A DNA stretch of 64,000 bases. Origin: the human T2T-CHM13v2.0 reference genome, Homo sapiens. The notes below the pieces were generated by a model, which did no database searches, had not been told where the DNA came from, and was given only the letters and a program-made list of their open reading frames with translations. The first letter of the stretch is position 1; every line of letters begins with the position of its first letter. This document shows, in pieces, positions 40,457-57,639 of this stretch. Location: assembly GCF_009914755.1 (NCBI RefSeq), contig NC_060927.1; one strand, written 5' to 3'. Both the position numbers and the translations under genes were made by a program.

Positions 40457-43441
40457 TACTTAGAAATACATGTAACCAAGGAGGTGAAATATCTCTACAA
40501 GGAGTGCTATGAAACATTCCTGAAATAAATCAGAATGATACAAGCATATGGAAAAAAGTTCCATGCTCATGAATTGGAAGAATCAATACCATTAGAATGC
40601 CCATATTGCCCAAAGAAATCTACAGATTCAATGCTATTCCTATCAAATCAATGTCATTTTTCACAGAATTAGGAAAAAAACTGTTCTGAATTTTATATGG
40701 AACCAATGAAAGAGCCCGAACAGTCAAAGAAATCCTAAGCAAAATGAATAAAGCTGGAGGCATCACATTATCTGACTTCAAAGTATAAGGCTACAGTAAC
40801 CAAAATAGCATGGTACTGGTACACAAGCAGACACATAAAGCAAGAGAACAGAATAGAGAACTTAGAAATAAAACCATATACCTGTAGCTATCTGATCTTC
40901 AACAAGTTGATAAAAATAAGCAATGGAAAAAAGATTCCCTTTTCTATGAATGGTGCTGGAATAGCAGGTTAGATACATGCAGAAAACTAAAACTGGTAAA
41001 ATTGCCTTTTGCCATATAAAAAAATTAGCTCAAGATTGATTAAAGGTTTAAATTTAAGACTTTATGCTATAAGAACCCTAGAAGAAAATCCAGGAAACAC
41101 CATTCTGGGTATCAGCCTTGGGAAAAATTTTGTGACTAAGTCCTCAAAAGTAATTGCAACAAAACAAAAATTGACAAGCAGGACCTAATTAAACTATAGA
41201 GCTTCTGCACAGCAAAAGAAATGATCAACAGAGTAAACAGAAAATCTACAGAATAGGAGAAAATATTCACAAACTGTGCATCCAACAAAGGTCTAGTATC
41301 CAGAATCTATAAGGAACTTAAAGGATTTAACATGCAAACAACAAATAATCCCATTAAAATGTAGGCAAAGGACATGAACAGACACTTCTCAAAAGAGGAC
41401 GTACAAGTGGCCAACAAACATGAAAAAAAATCCTCAACATCACTAATCATCAGAGAAATGTAAATCAAAACCACAATGAGATGACATCTCACACTAGTCA
41501 GAATGACTATTATTAAAAAGTCAAAAAATAACAGCTGCTGGCAAGGCTGTGGAAAAAAGGGAATACTTACTTACACCCTGTTGGTGGGAATGTAAATTAG
41601 TTCAGTCACTGCTGAGAGCAGTTTGGAGATTTCTCAAAGCACTTAAAACAGAACTACCATTTGACCCAGCAATCCCATTACTGGATATATATCCAAAAGA
41701 AAACAATCATTCTACCAAAAAGATACACGCACTTATATGTTCAGCACAACACTATTAATAACAGCAAAGACATGAAGTCAATCTAAGTGCCCATCCATGG
41801 TGGATTGGATTAAGAAAATGTAGTACATATATACCATGGAATACTATGCTTCCATAAAAAAGAACAAAGTAATGTCTTTTGCAGCAACTTGGATGCAGTT
41901 TGAGGACTTTCTTCTAAGCAAATTCACACAGGAACAGAACACCAAATAGTGCATGTTCTTATGTCTAAGTGAGAGCTAAACACTGTATACTTATGGACAT
42001 AAAAATGGCAGCAGTAGACAGTGGGGACCATTAGAGGAGAAAGGGAGGGAAGGGGACAGGGTTGAAAAACTAAATATTGGGTACTATGCTCACTACCTTG
42101 GTGATGGCATCAATTGTACATACTCCAAACATCAGCATCCCACAGTAAAGCTATGTAACAAGCCTGTGCATGTACCTCCTGAATATAAAATAAAAGTTGA
42201 AACTACTTTAAAAATAATTTTATTAAAGTTACTTAAGACAGTCCCTGGCGCATGGTAGGTACTCCACAGAGAAATTAATTTTATTGTACCAGAAGGAGCA
42301 TTGAGTCATATCGCATGGCCCCTTTTTCAAATGCATTTTCTGTTCCTAGTCAAAATATTTTCATTTAAAAATAGAAGATAAAGGAAGTAGAAAGTGAATA
42401 TCTGTGAAGGTGTCTTCTAATTTTTTTTTCCTCCCTTTTAGTCAGAAGCCAGAGTCTAAAGCAAGTTCAGGTGCGCCACATAAACCTGGCTCAAACTAAT
42501 CAAAGGCAACCTATCAGAACTACAAGATTTTTCATATGTGTTTCCCATGTCTCCTCTTAACCTGCTTTCCTCATCTTTGCGTTCAGTTTCTCCTTCAAGA
42601 CTCCTGGCTCTGCACAGCTGGCTTTTGTCTCTTTCCTTCACAGCCCTGGCTTTGTGCATCACTTGACCTCTAGTTCTTACTCCTCTTCCTCAAGACCTCT
42701 CTATGCTGTTGGCTTTCATAATTTTTCTGCACTTAAATTGTGCTATGGATGATAATATCTTTTCACAACCCATGGTATTTTTTTCTTATCTTCTTCTTAG
42801 AATTCAGTCCAATTTTCCAACAAAACCTCTCTCGCCATTTTTCATTTTATCATCTGTTTTTCTAGAAACCAGTACAGAGAATCATACATAAGAAACATTG
42901 TCCGTTTTCTTTCCTTAAACAAAAATTTTCTTATTGTGGCTTAAATATACTGTTCATGCTCATAATACACCACATGTTATAAGGAACCAAATCAATGGAA
43001 GAAGGCTATTTTATCAGTAGATGCCATAAGCATTTTCCTTGTACGTGCTCATAGATGTCCAAAGAGCAGGCTAGAGGTCACTGAATCGGGACATGTGAGT
43101 TCTAAAAGGAAAAAAAGTGAGTTGACCGCACTTAATCTTTTTCCCCGAACTATTATTTTGCTCTAGTTCATAAAGCTTTGACATACATTGTGAAGATTCA
43201 CTCCGAGTATTGCATAAGTCTCAAAGCAGTGCCTCGCACAATAGCATGAGGATGTTCTGTCTTTTTTACCCTCACTTTTCCTATGTAATGGTGTCCATTT
43301 TAACTGTTTATATAAAGAGATCATGAATTGAAATTCCAGCAAAATTTTATAATAGACTATTACAAATTTTATTATCAGCCTCTGACCAGTCTTAATCACT
43401 CTACATCCCCTTATTTTACCCCATTTGAGACACTGTATTCA

Positions 43442-43848
43442 CAGGAAACTCAGGAAGCTTGAGTTCTTTATCTCCTTATCCCGAAACCCATTAAAACCTG
43501 AAATCCCGAATAGAGATGGAATCACAGCATTCGTTTTGGAGTCAGGAACCTCAGTAAGTTTGAGTTCTTTACCTCCTTATCCCGAAACCCATTAAAACCT
43601 GAAATCCCGAATAGAGATGGAATCACAACATTCGTTTTGGAGTCAGGAACCTCAGTAAGTTTGAGTTCTTTACCTCCTTATCCCAAAACCCATTAAAACC
43701 TGAAATCCAGAATGGAGATGGAATCACAGCATTCGTTTTGGAGTCAGGAACCTCAGTAAGCTTGAGTTCTTTACCTCCTTATCCCAAAACCCATTAAAAC
43801 CTGAAATCCCGAATAGAGATGGAATCACAGCATTCGTTTTGGAGTCAG
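43442..43848. repeat. Tandem repeat, 101-bp unit x 4
   Basis: Units start at 43442, 43543, 43644 and 43745 (CAGGAACCTCAGTAAG...CATTCGTTTTGGAGT), with only a few substitutions between copies. Confidence 0.97.
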
Positions 43849-44010
43849 ACACTTCTGATTTCAATACCAAGCCCTGACAACTGGTATCAATATAACCCAT
43901 AGCAAGTTATTTAATCAATTTAACAACCCTTATAATTGAGTTTCCTCCCTTATAAATGAGGGTAATAACAGTCCTTAGTTCTCACAAACTGTTGTGAGGA
44001 TTCCATGAAA
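43820..44010 (+). mobile_element. MIR SINE whose 5' part is included in the 101-bp repeat unit
   Basis: TTTGGAGTCAGAC...GCAAGTTATTTAATC...AGTTTCCTC...AAATGAGGGTAATAACAGT...GTTGTGAGGATT. Confidence 0.75.
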
Positions 44011-44061
44011 TTGCTAGGTACTGCTGAGGTTTGGTAGGAGCATTAATTCTAAGCCAGGATC

Positions 44062-44190
44062 TTTCTTCTCTCTCTCTCTCTGTCTCTAAAAATGTATGTG
44101 TATATATTTTAATATATATATATACACACACACACATACACATATACATATAAAACATGTAAATATATACACACGTATATATTCACATAT
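44062..44190. repeat. Compound (CT)n/(TA)n/(CA)n microsatellite
   Basis: Read directly. Confidence 0.85.
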
Positions 44191-45362
44191 TTGTTTATAC
44201 TAGAATAAAAGTGTTTGGCATTTCACTTTTTTGATCTTGTTATTGGAAGCGATCCGTCCTGTTTCCTGTACATATCTCCAAGAGCACAACTTGTAAAGGT
44301 GTATTCATTTCTCCCATAAAGGAAGTTATCTCTACTGTGTCGTTATCACACTTAATATGCATCTTCAAGGTAAATGATGTTCTAACAGTGAGTGAGAAAA
44401 ATTACTACCTTTACAAGACAAATCACGGAATGGAGAAAGCATTTTAAAACAGATGTGTGGAAATATTCCCAATATTATGTGAGTTTGCTTTGAAAAATAC
44501 TAAGTGTATCACCTACAAAACCTCTCATATCTGGACACATGCTCAGAAATGGATTTTCTAAAGTGTTTCAGTATCCTTTAAAGGAGAAGTTCCAGTGGAT
44601 TTTGATCACTTTGATTAAACACAAATATATACAGTTTCTGACTGGTTTCAAAATGCAATTCATATAGACAGAAAAGGAGATGAAATTTACTAGCCTATTT
44701 TTTCAATCAGAACTTTATATTAGTTGGTAGTTGAGACTGAAAAAAGAGTCTTATGATTTAGTGAGGACAGTCAATAAAACCCCTTCCAATTATGGACCCA
44801 TATATCTCTATAACACAGTTTTTTGATTCTGACAATCATTAGCACCATTACCTGAAACACACTGAATTTGAACTGGGGCTTTTCAAAGCTTTAAGACAAA
44901 GTGCTAGAGAAAACATTTGCAAAAAATTATAAAGTATAGGCTCTCTGATTTATCTCACTGAAAAGTTATTACTAATAATTTGTCATATAATATCAGCTTA
45001 GAAAATGACAATATATTATTAATAAATATAATAGTAGTAGCTAAAATATTCTCTTTCATCTATTATTAATTGCTATTTTTGTTTATAATATCTGATAAAT
45101 GTTAGTATATTAGTGCATTTGTCTACTGCATACATAGTTGGCAGATCTTAATGTCAAAAATTGTTTTTAAACATTTGAAAGGACTAAACCTTTTACAAAC
45201 ATCTTCTTGATGTGGATACTACTGATTTTGTTGTAAAGGTGACACTGAGACAATGTATGAATTCCTTTGCAGAAGAGATAGATTGAGGGTTGCTTGAAAG
45301 AGAAGGAATTTGTGTTTTTGTGTTTATAGAGTGAGACTGTCCTCCTTCCCTCTAGCTCCCTC

Positions 45363-45826
45363 TGTGTTAATTTCTAGGGCTGCAATAACAATGTACCAGA
45401 GACAGTGTTGCTTAAAACAATGGAAATTTATTCTCTGACAGTTTGGAAGGCCAGAGGTCTGAAATAAAGATGGCAGTAGGGCCATGTTCCCTCTGGAGGC
45501 TCTAGGGAAGTGTCCTTCCTTGCCTCTTCCTAGCTCCTAGCTCTTGGCTAACCATTGACATTCCTTGACTTGTAGCTGCATCACTCCACTCACCACCTCT
45601 ATCATCTAAGGCCCTCTTTTCCCTCTAGGTCTCTGTATCCAAATCTCCCTCTTTTTTCTCTTCTTTGGACACCAGTCATTAGCTTTAGGGCCCACCCAAA
45701 TCCAGTATGACCTCACCTTAACTTGATTACATATGCAAAGACTCTATTTCCAAATAAGGTCACATTCACAGGTAATAGTGACTAGGATTTGAACATCTTT
45801 TGGGGGTCACAATTCAACCCACTGTA
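45363..45826 (-). mobile_element. MLT1C-like MaLR solo LTR
   Basis: TGTGTTAATTTCTAGGGCTGCAATAACAA...TATTTCCAAATAAGGTCACATTCACAGGT...CACAATTCAACCCAC. Confidence 0.85.
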
Positions 45827-48014
45827 CTCTGGCTCTCCCAATTCTTCTCTGCTTCCTTGCTCTCTTCAATCATTGCCTTCTTTTTACCTAGGGGCCTTTG
45901 AGTTTTCTGGATGTTCTCCATATTAGAGCCCTTATACAACATCAAAAGGCCATGGGCTATGTGGGACATGAGGCTTCAACTTGCAGGAAGGGTTGGGCTG
46001 TGGCAGGGCATGAAGGATCATGCGGTGTGATTCAGTGGTTACCATTTGCTTTCTTATCCTTTGCAGTTCTCTGTGCTCTAGAACTAAGTGACAGCAATTG
46101 AGTACATTTTTTTTCCCTCTTATTCTATTGTGGCTGCCCCCAAAAGCACCATGGATTATGCCATTTTACCCAGATTTCAGAAGCCTACACTTCAACCCCA
46201 AAGGGAACCAGTCACTTTCTCTGGATCCAGGCAGAGGTGAATTGGGATGAATACATCAGCCCCAATCACAAACCTCCTTTGAATTGAGTACCTTGAAGTT
46301 CATATAATCCACCCAACCTATTTAATAGAAGTATTCACATTTTCCCAGTAGTCTGAAGACATTTTTTTGTTCAGTTCAATAACATTTCCATGTGCTTTTG
46401 TTAGTCAATATTTACTGTGCAATCACGAGTCCAGGATAGATGTGGACAGTGCACAGAAAGGTGTACCTTATTATGTTTAAATTAATGAGTTTTATATTTC
46501 AACTTCTATAGTCCTTGTTCTATATTCTTTAACTCATATTTTTCTTCTCTTTCATGATTAGATTCCTGATACTCATTATGGCAATACATAGATATATAGA
46601 ATTTCCCTTTTTCATAATTGATCTTCCTCCCTCCCTGTCAAACAGTAGTTGTCCTTCCTCTCCTCTGTCTCATCTCTAATTCATCTCTTTTCATTATATA
46701 AGATATATATATATACCAGCCTAGTACCATCATAGTTTATCTCTGTAACTTTTTTCCCTCAATTGCTGCCCAATTATTTCATGTTTTATGCTTTGTTTCA
46801 ACTGATATATTAGACTGCAGCTATTCAGTAATGCCAAATTCACTTGTAGAGTCTCTTTCCAGAGTAGACCCAGGGGAACCAGCTTCTTTGTCCTCCTTAT
46901 CTTTGACACTACCTCACTATAAATGACACTCTTAAGAACTGAGCTAACTGGCCCAAAAAGATAATTTAATAGAACTAATAGGTGACAGACATTTGACTTT
47001 ATGAAAGGCAGACATTTTTTTTTCCCACAGGAGAACATGAGTTCTTTCAATAGAAAAACAGGATGCAATTTTGTTTTTTAGTGCTAAGGGACATGTCTGT
47101 TATTCACACCAATAGTCTTTCAAGCTGTGACAGTTTCTACCTCCTATATTGTAATGATAGCTGAGCTTTTCACAATACCTTTGCTCCTTAACACATTTTT
47201 TTTTTCTGCAAGCTCTTTCATGGGAGACTTTTTTTTTAAAGATTAGTGTGCATGAGATACATTGCATGAAGGTTTTTAAAATATATTTCTTTCTATTTTA
47301 AACTTTTGCACCAGAGACATAAATAATGTCAACTTATTTTGCTGGCCTCTCCTTTATTTTTTGCCCACTTGTTCCAGGAAAGGGTTACTCCTTTTCTTTA
47401 AAAGACTCAACTCCTTATTTTACCTTGCCTTCTTTTCATGAGTAATTTGGTTGCTGAAATACTCTTGCAGCTCTTACTAGTGCCTTATTCCCCAGCTTAC
47501 TTACTGTTCACAGTCCTCTGCTGCATTCTTCACTTTCCTTTATAATCCTCATAGTTTTTCTGTCTACCTCTTTTATGCTTGGCATATTTCCTCAAAGTGT
47601 AACAAAAAAAAAAAAAAGTGTGTGCTTTTTTTTTTTCCATTGCTCTATTTGCCACATGTAGCCATTCTCTTAGTGACTGTCATAAAGTAAAGCAAATCTC
47701 TGCAAAGGCTTTATCGTTGGAGTTCAGCACCAGGAATGATTTCCATTACCTAGCATTTCAGGAGTCCTCATATAGTTGATCGGCATTGTTTCAAGGACTT
47801 TGCTCTGTCCCTTGTCTTCGAAATGGCCTGCCATAAGCTTGCATAAATGCTGCAAACTCTTTATGACATACAGTGGTGAGCACGTTTATTTCAGGGGCCC
47901 TGCCTTGCCTTCAGAGCCTTATTATTATTTTTCCCTTTTCTTCAAAAGTTGTGCTTTTATGTATTTAGTGCTTTCACCAGTCAATAGCATTATAACATTA
48001 AAAACATTGTAAAC

Positions 48015-48222
48015 CAAGGTCTTTGGAGTCTGGCAGAGACCTGAGTACAAATCTAAGTTTTGCCACTGACTGGTTGGGTCACCTTCATGAGTTAATTAAC
48101 TGCTCTCATCCTTAGATTCTTCACCTGGAAATATAAATAGTTAATCATAAGGTTATTGGGAGGATTATGTCTGTGTTTGTGACTGTGCACTGGGGAATGT
48201 TCAATAAATGTTGGCTATTATT
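48015..48222 (+). mobile_element. MIR SINE
   Basis: CTTTGGAGTCTGGCAGAGACCTGAGTACAAATC...TCAATAAATGTTGGCTATTATT. Confidence 0.7.
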
Positions 48223-48290
48223 TTTTACAAGTGTATACAGAGCTTTCTCCAACACTGCACAGTTTCTATTTGTGAAACATGCCATCATAG

Positions 48291-48631
<341 letters not shown>

Positions 48632-49189
48632 CTCTATTTAGGCTTTCAAAGGCTTCATAATTTCTTCTTACCTAAGACTGTGTAATTCAATTCTTTATAG
48701 GTAGATCTTTATATAACATTTTACCATTCTTCCTTTCAAATAAAAATTTTAAAAAATACAGAATAACAAAACAATTAAAGTCACTCATAATTTTATGTAT
48801 CTGTAGTGGGTTTAGATATGTATGTGCATGTGTATATGTGTGTGCATGTATGTATGCATAATTATATCTACAATTATATTTATATTTATGTAAAAGCGTG
48901 TCTCCCCACCACTCTAATGTCCCTCTGTTATCACCACTAAAAGAAAACAATTTTTTTACAATTTGATGATGTGAATATGGTGATTCATTTTGCTATGCTT
49001 ATAGGTATATATTATTTACACATACATTATTGCTTAAAAATGTGTTTTAATATTCATACTTTATATGCATAATTAATGCCAGTTCATTAGGCAATTTTTC
49101 CTTCTCTTTTGCTCCATATTGACATTACTTTCCTGTAAGTTTTAAAGAATTAATTACCAATAGAAAAATTAATCATACAAAGCATGTAC

Positions 49190-49375
49190 ATTTCACTCTA
49201 GAGTTTGCAATGTGTTTTTCACATGTTATTTTGTTTAGTGTCCACTGCCATGTTGTGAAATGGATTACAATATTTCTATTTTATAAATGAAGGTATCCCA
49301 AATCACAAGGGTTAAGTAGTGGAGAAACTTTAGACCCCAAGACTGCAGGCCTCGAAATCTCAAATCCCTGACACT
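49190..49375 (-). mobile_element. MIR fragment
   Basis: TTTTCACATGTTATTTTGTTTAG...CTATTTTATAAATGAAG...GGTTAAGT. Confidence 0.5.
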
Positions 49376-49699
49376 TTCCTGGGGGAAGTGCATAACCACC
49401 CTAAACAGTTGGTTTTACGTTTTTCCACCTTCTCCTACTGCCTGCCATGAGATTGGTGCACCATATTTTATCACTTGAATCACTTTATATTGAAAATTGT
49501 GTTCATTAAATTTTCAAGGTCTTTCCTATACTTCTATGTATTCCTCAAATAAATTTCTCCCATTAGTATGACATAAACTAAAAGCAGGTACATTACTTCA
49601 TTTTTCAGAATCCAAGAGTAGCTATGTTTTCTCTAAATAAAACTCATTCTCAATATTCCCATTTCTCAGATATAATATAGGAATCTAGACGTAGTCATT

Positions 49700-49880
49700 A
49701 AAACAGTGTAGTGGTTAAAAATTATAAGATTTGAAGATCCACTGCCCAAGTTCAAATCTCAATTCTGAGACTTCTTAGCTGTGTAACTTTTGTCTGGTCC
49801 TCAGTTTCCCTGTCTCTACAATAAAAATGGTAATAATACCTACACCCAAAGATTGTGGAAATGATTAATAGACTCAATAT
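49700..49880 (+). mobile_element. MIR fragment
   Basis: GTGTAGTGGTTAA...GTTCAAATCTC...TTAGCTGTGTAAC...CTCAGTTTCCC...TAATAATACCTAC. Confidence 0.7.
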
Positions 49881-49960
49881 TTTCAGACATTTACCAGTTT
49901 TAAACATTAATTTCACAACATTAATACTGTTTGTCCTATAATGAGTTCTGAGAAATGTTA

Positions 49961-53130
<3,170 letters not shown>

Positions 53131-53834
53131 AAAAATAAGGCATAGAGTAATCTAGCTTTCCCAGATAGCATTAAAGATGATGACAAAAATCATTTCCTGT
53201 ACAAAACAATGTGCTTTCCACTGATCAGTTTTGTACTGGCTATTTTACAGTGACTAATGAGAGCTCTGCACAGACTGAATACCAAAACTTTTACCATATT
53301 CTTGTAATATTCCTATAACTGCGTATGAATTGATGTTTTATGGAGATATTTAAACAGAAAGAATTATAGATGTATTGATATTGTGAATACACAGCTTACA
53401 GATATCCTATATATTTATATGTGAACACATTTATTGTGTGATTACTGCATCTGTTAAAATGTCTGATAAAGCAAACTCTGATGGACAAGTGATATTAAAA
53501 CTGTACTTTCTACTTTTCAAATAATGAAAACATTTAGAGAATGCAATGGGTTTATAAAAAGGGAAGGAGGCTAGTAGATGCTGGAGTTCTAGTTCTATCT
53601 GCTCCTAAATGTGTGATCTATTTGATACATAGGTTAATATATTTAAATCTATTCTTTGCCTCTTAACATGGCAGGTCTGGAGTAGGTCATCTCTAAAATT
53701 ACTGCCAGCTTTGGCATTTTGATTTCTCTTTGAATAACTTAGAACTTTATATTTACAATTGTTGTAAGTGTAATGCAGATCATGAAAGTGTTGAAGATCA
53801 TACAAATGTTGTCTTCAAATTCTTACACTGAATG

Positions 53835-54160
53835 GGCTGGGCGCAGTGGCTCATGCCTGTAATGCCAGCTCTTTGGGAGGCTGAGGTGGAAGGATCACAA
53901 GGTCAGGAGTTCCAAACCAACCTGGTCAAGATGGTGAAACCCCGTCTCTACTAAAAATACAAAAAAAAAAAAAAAAAAATTAGCAGGGCGGGTGGCATGT
54001 ACCTGTAGTCCCAGTTACTAAGAGGCTGAGGCAGGAGAATTGCTTGAACCTGGGAGGCTGAGGTTGCAGTGAGCCGAGATCACACCACTGCACCCCAGCC
54101 TGGGTGACAGAGTGAGACATTGTCTCAAAAAAAAAAAAAAGAAAAAGAAAAAGAAAAAAA
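53835..54160 (+). mobile_element. AluSg-like SINE with expanded middle A-tract
   Basis: GGATCACAAGGTCAGGAGTT...CAAGATGGTGAAACCCCG. TSD core TCTTAC(A/C)CTGAATG at 53821 and 54163. Confidence 0.93.
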
Positions 54161-54182
54161 AATCTTACCCTGAATGGAGACT

Positions 54183-54558
54183 ACTTATAAAATAGAACAA
54201 TTATAACAGTATGCCAGCATTACTACTCTGGCACTTTAGGGTCATTATTAAGTTAAATAAGGGTGACTTGAAAACAGTCACTGCAATGCCACCACAGTCG
54301 ATCTCATAACCAAGACTACTAAATAACTAGTGGGTGGGAAGTGTTAGCATGGAGACTCTGGACAAAGAGATGATTCATATCTTCCATGGGATAGGTGGGA
54401 TGGCATGAGATTTCATCACATTACTCAGAAGGGCATGCAATGTAAAACTTGTCAATTTCTATTTCTGGATTTTCCATTTAAGATTTCTGGGCTGTGGTCG
54501 ACTGGGGGTAAGTGAAACCTAGGAAAGCAAAACAGAGCATAAAAGGGGCATTACCGTA
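54183..54558 (+). mobile_element. Tigger2/MER8-family DNA transposon fragment
   Basis: CATTATTAAGTTAAATAAGGGTGACTTGAA...GAGATTTCATCAC...GGAAAGCAAAAC...TAAAAGGGGCATTACCGTA. Strand is tentative. Confidence 0.75.
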
Positions 54559-55319
54559 TATGCCAGACCCTGAGCTAGTGTCTCAATAGCTAGATGATGA
54601 ACGACTGAGTGAACTGACAAACAGAAGCCATAGATGTCAGCCCTAGGAGTAAAGAGGCAATCCTAGAAAAAACCATGGTTTAAAAGGATATGGTACCACG
54701 GAAGGAATGATCGATTGCATTAGCAAATGCAGTTCAGTCATAGAAGGCATGTTTATTTGTTGTCTGCTCCTGTTAGAAATCTGCTTTTAAGGTTGAATTG
54801 TTGAACAGTACTCTGTCATGTCAGGAGGATACAGGATTTACAAGTAAACTGGTCACCTATGCAATCTGGCATTAATTGCACAATTTCCTCTAGACTAAAT
54901 TTAGAGCATCTGTATTAAGGAACACATCGTTAAGAGAGATTCCCAGAGAAACGTGCCTACTTCCCTAACATATTTCTGCTTCCAACACTCTATAATCAGC
55001 CCATTCCTTCCCCAGGCTAAAAACAATCTAAGGCAATAGCTAAAGAGAAAAACTAGAGCATAATCAGGTAAAATATGTATAGGGTACCCCAGTCCCTTCT
55101 TTTGAAGTAAAATAAAAGAAATAAAAGGAAAGGAAGTGGTGATTACAGGTATGTGATGAATGCTCACTATGCCTGGAGACTACGGACAAGTAAGGCATAG
55201 TCGTTGGAATCTACTTTAAGGTTAAAATACACTATAGCCATTCACACGCTTGTTATGCCACACTTGTTACTGGAGTCACTGAGATAAATTTTTGAGCTTC
55301 ATTGTCTTTGTTTTTCCAC

Positions 55320-55515
55320 TATTAATTTTACTTATTGCATGTTTTTAATATGCTAGACACTGTTCAATGTAATGCATATATTATCAGTACCTAATTGTAG
55401 AACTATCCCGTGAAGGACATCGCCATGCTCATTTTACAGACGAAAAAACAAAGGCTCAGATAGGGTCTACCAGTAGCCAATAGAGGAGTTGGGGTTTGAT
55501 CCCAGGTCTTCCTCA
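55320..55515 (-). mobile_element. MIR SINE
   Basis: CTCATTTTACAGACGAAAAAACAAAGGCTCAGA...GGGTTTGATCCCAGGTCT. Confidence 0.7.
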
Positions 55516-55738
55516 AAACTAATGTATATACAGTTAGCCTCTATTCTACACAGCCTTCAAAATCTTTTTCAGTGGAGATACTTGAAGTAAAGTGAAAAGA
55601 GTAAGCAGATAAATTCAGTTTACATTTCACCCAATGCCAAATAAAGCTTTCCCTAATCTTGTTTACTCTAAGAATATAAAGTTATTTTCTTAACTGGCTT
55701 AATGCATATTCATAAACACTATTAAACTGTCTAGGTTT

Positions 55739-56088
<350 letters not shown>

Positions 56089-57639
56089 TCACTGTGAGAG
56101 CAAAGCCTGAATTCCATAAATGTCCTTCAAGTATTTTCTAGTATAGAAAAATACCTATTTTAGAACATGAATTTCTTCTTTTTGATGGCCAGCTATGACG
56201 GACTCTCCAGAAATATTCACATGTTCACAAATTTTGAGTGTGCTTTAGGAATATTAGGCAAAAAGAAATGTTTAAAATAATGATGAAAACAAAAATGAAA
56301 AGTTATGATACACTGAACATGTAGTATGTGCAAGGAAAATTAAATGAATTTCTTGAATTGATTATTAATTTACCTTATTAGAGCTTAGGAGCCTATGAGA
56401 TTCCATGTTGTCCTAACTACAAATCAGAACATTAAGGAGGACTAGTCTCTTTTGAACCAGTGCTTCTCAACCTGGGGTGTATTACCCTTAGGGGATTCCT
56501 GCATTCCAGAAATATTATTCACTTTTCATGTGCCTTTATATTTTTTTGGGAGGAGAGAGTCCATTTTTTTTCACCAGATGGCTAGAGATATCTGTGATTT
56601 TCTCCAAACTGAACTAGAGATGAAAAAATAAAACTATATACTGGCACCAAAATTGTGGTCAATATTTAATGACATTGGAGAGTACTTTTGAAATAATGTT
56701 GATTAAAAATTAAGAAAAAAATTATGTGGAGATATCTCATAACATCTCACATCTATAAAATAATTTATTGAAGATTTCAAATATACCATAATGTAAACAA
56801 ACAGCAGTTATCTATCTGCTCATAGATAACTTTTAGTCTCTTTTTCCATTTATTTGTTAATGTTTAATGTTTTTAAGGTGTTATTTTAAAAGCTTTTTAG
56901 AATGACCATATTTTAACATTACACTAGAAAAATCAATATTTTAAAGATATTTGAATAAATAATATAAAATAAAATATATTCAACATGATTCCCCTTAATA
57001 CCACCAGACTCTCCTGAGAAAAAGTGGACTTTTCATTTATCTAGAAAATTTGATTCAAATTTTTTGAATGTCCTGATTCATTTGTTCTGAAGGGAGACCT
57101 GCTGGTGCTGTCGGGAATGTGAATATTCATCATTAACTTATGATTTACATTCAGTTCTCCGATACTTTCCAATTGGGAAAAGTGGTCTTTATGTTCTCAA
57201 AGTTCTTTGCTAAAGGGGAATGTTTATCGTATGATTTTTATAGACAATCTGGTGTGTATGATCCAAATTAGATTTTGAAAAGCTTTTTTGCTCCAAATTG
57301 GCAGCTATTTAAGGACACTGGTGGCGCAGAAAATTCTTGTCCCCATCATGTCTCCAATCCTCTGAGATTTTATGCTTTTTTGTAGGTTTCATTTTATTTA
57401 AACCCGTGCAAATTTTTGAGAATGTAATCACATATCTACAATGAATCTTCTTAAAGCAAACAAAATTGTTTAAGTGGTGATTATGCATTTTTTTAACACT
57501 GAGCTCTGACATTCACTTTATTTTGAAGAGACACTTTACAGGCTTATTACAGAATAGCTCTTTGACTGGCCGTATATGAAATAATCTTTTTAAATGGCAG
57601 AATGATTGTTTGATTACAAAATTATTAATCGCAATTTGA

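Larger units (their letters stand above)
35485..42217 (+). mobile_element. Near-full-length old LINE-1 (L1PA16/17-like 3' end), partial 5'UTR, internal ORF2 deletion near 38385, LTR insertion
   Basis: GC-rich UTR ~35485-36450, ORF1 remnant, EN remnant (ORF 37829-38143 MIKGSIQKEDLTMLNVYTPN), RT remnant (40154-40528). 3' end ...CTGAATATAAAATAAAAGTTGAAA. No TSD found. Confidence 0.88.

Noticed and set aside
43442-43848. Regular repeat as a CRISPR-like array
   Set aside because: Whole 101-bp units are repeated with no unique spacers, no cas genes are present, and the DNA is primate.
48666-48760. Minus-strand AG...GTAAGA-bounded 61-nt segment
   Set aside because: Stops in all three frames, weak AAG acceptor, and expected by chance in AT-rich DNA.
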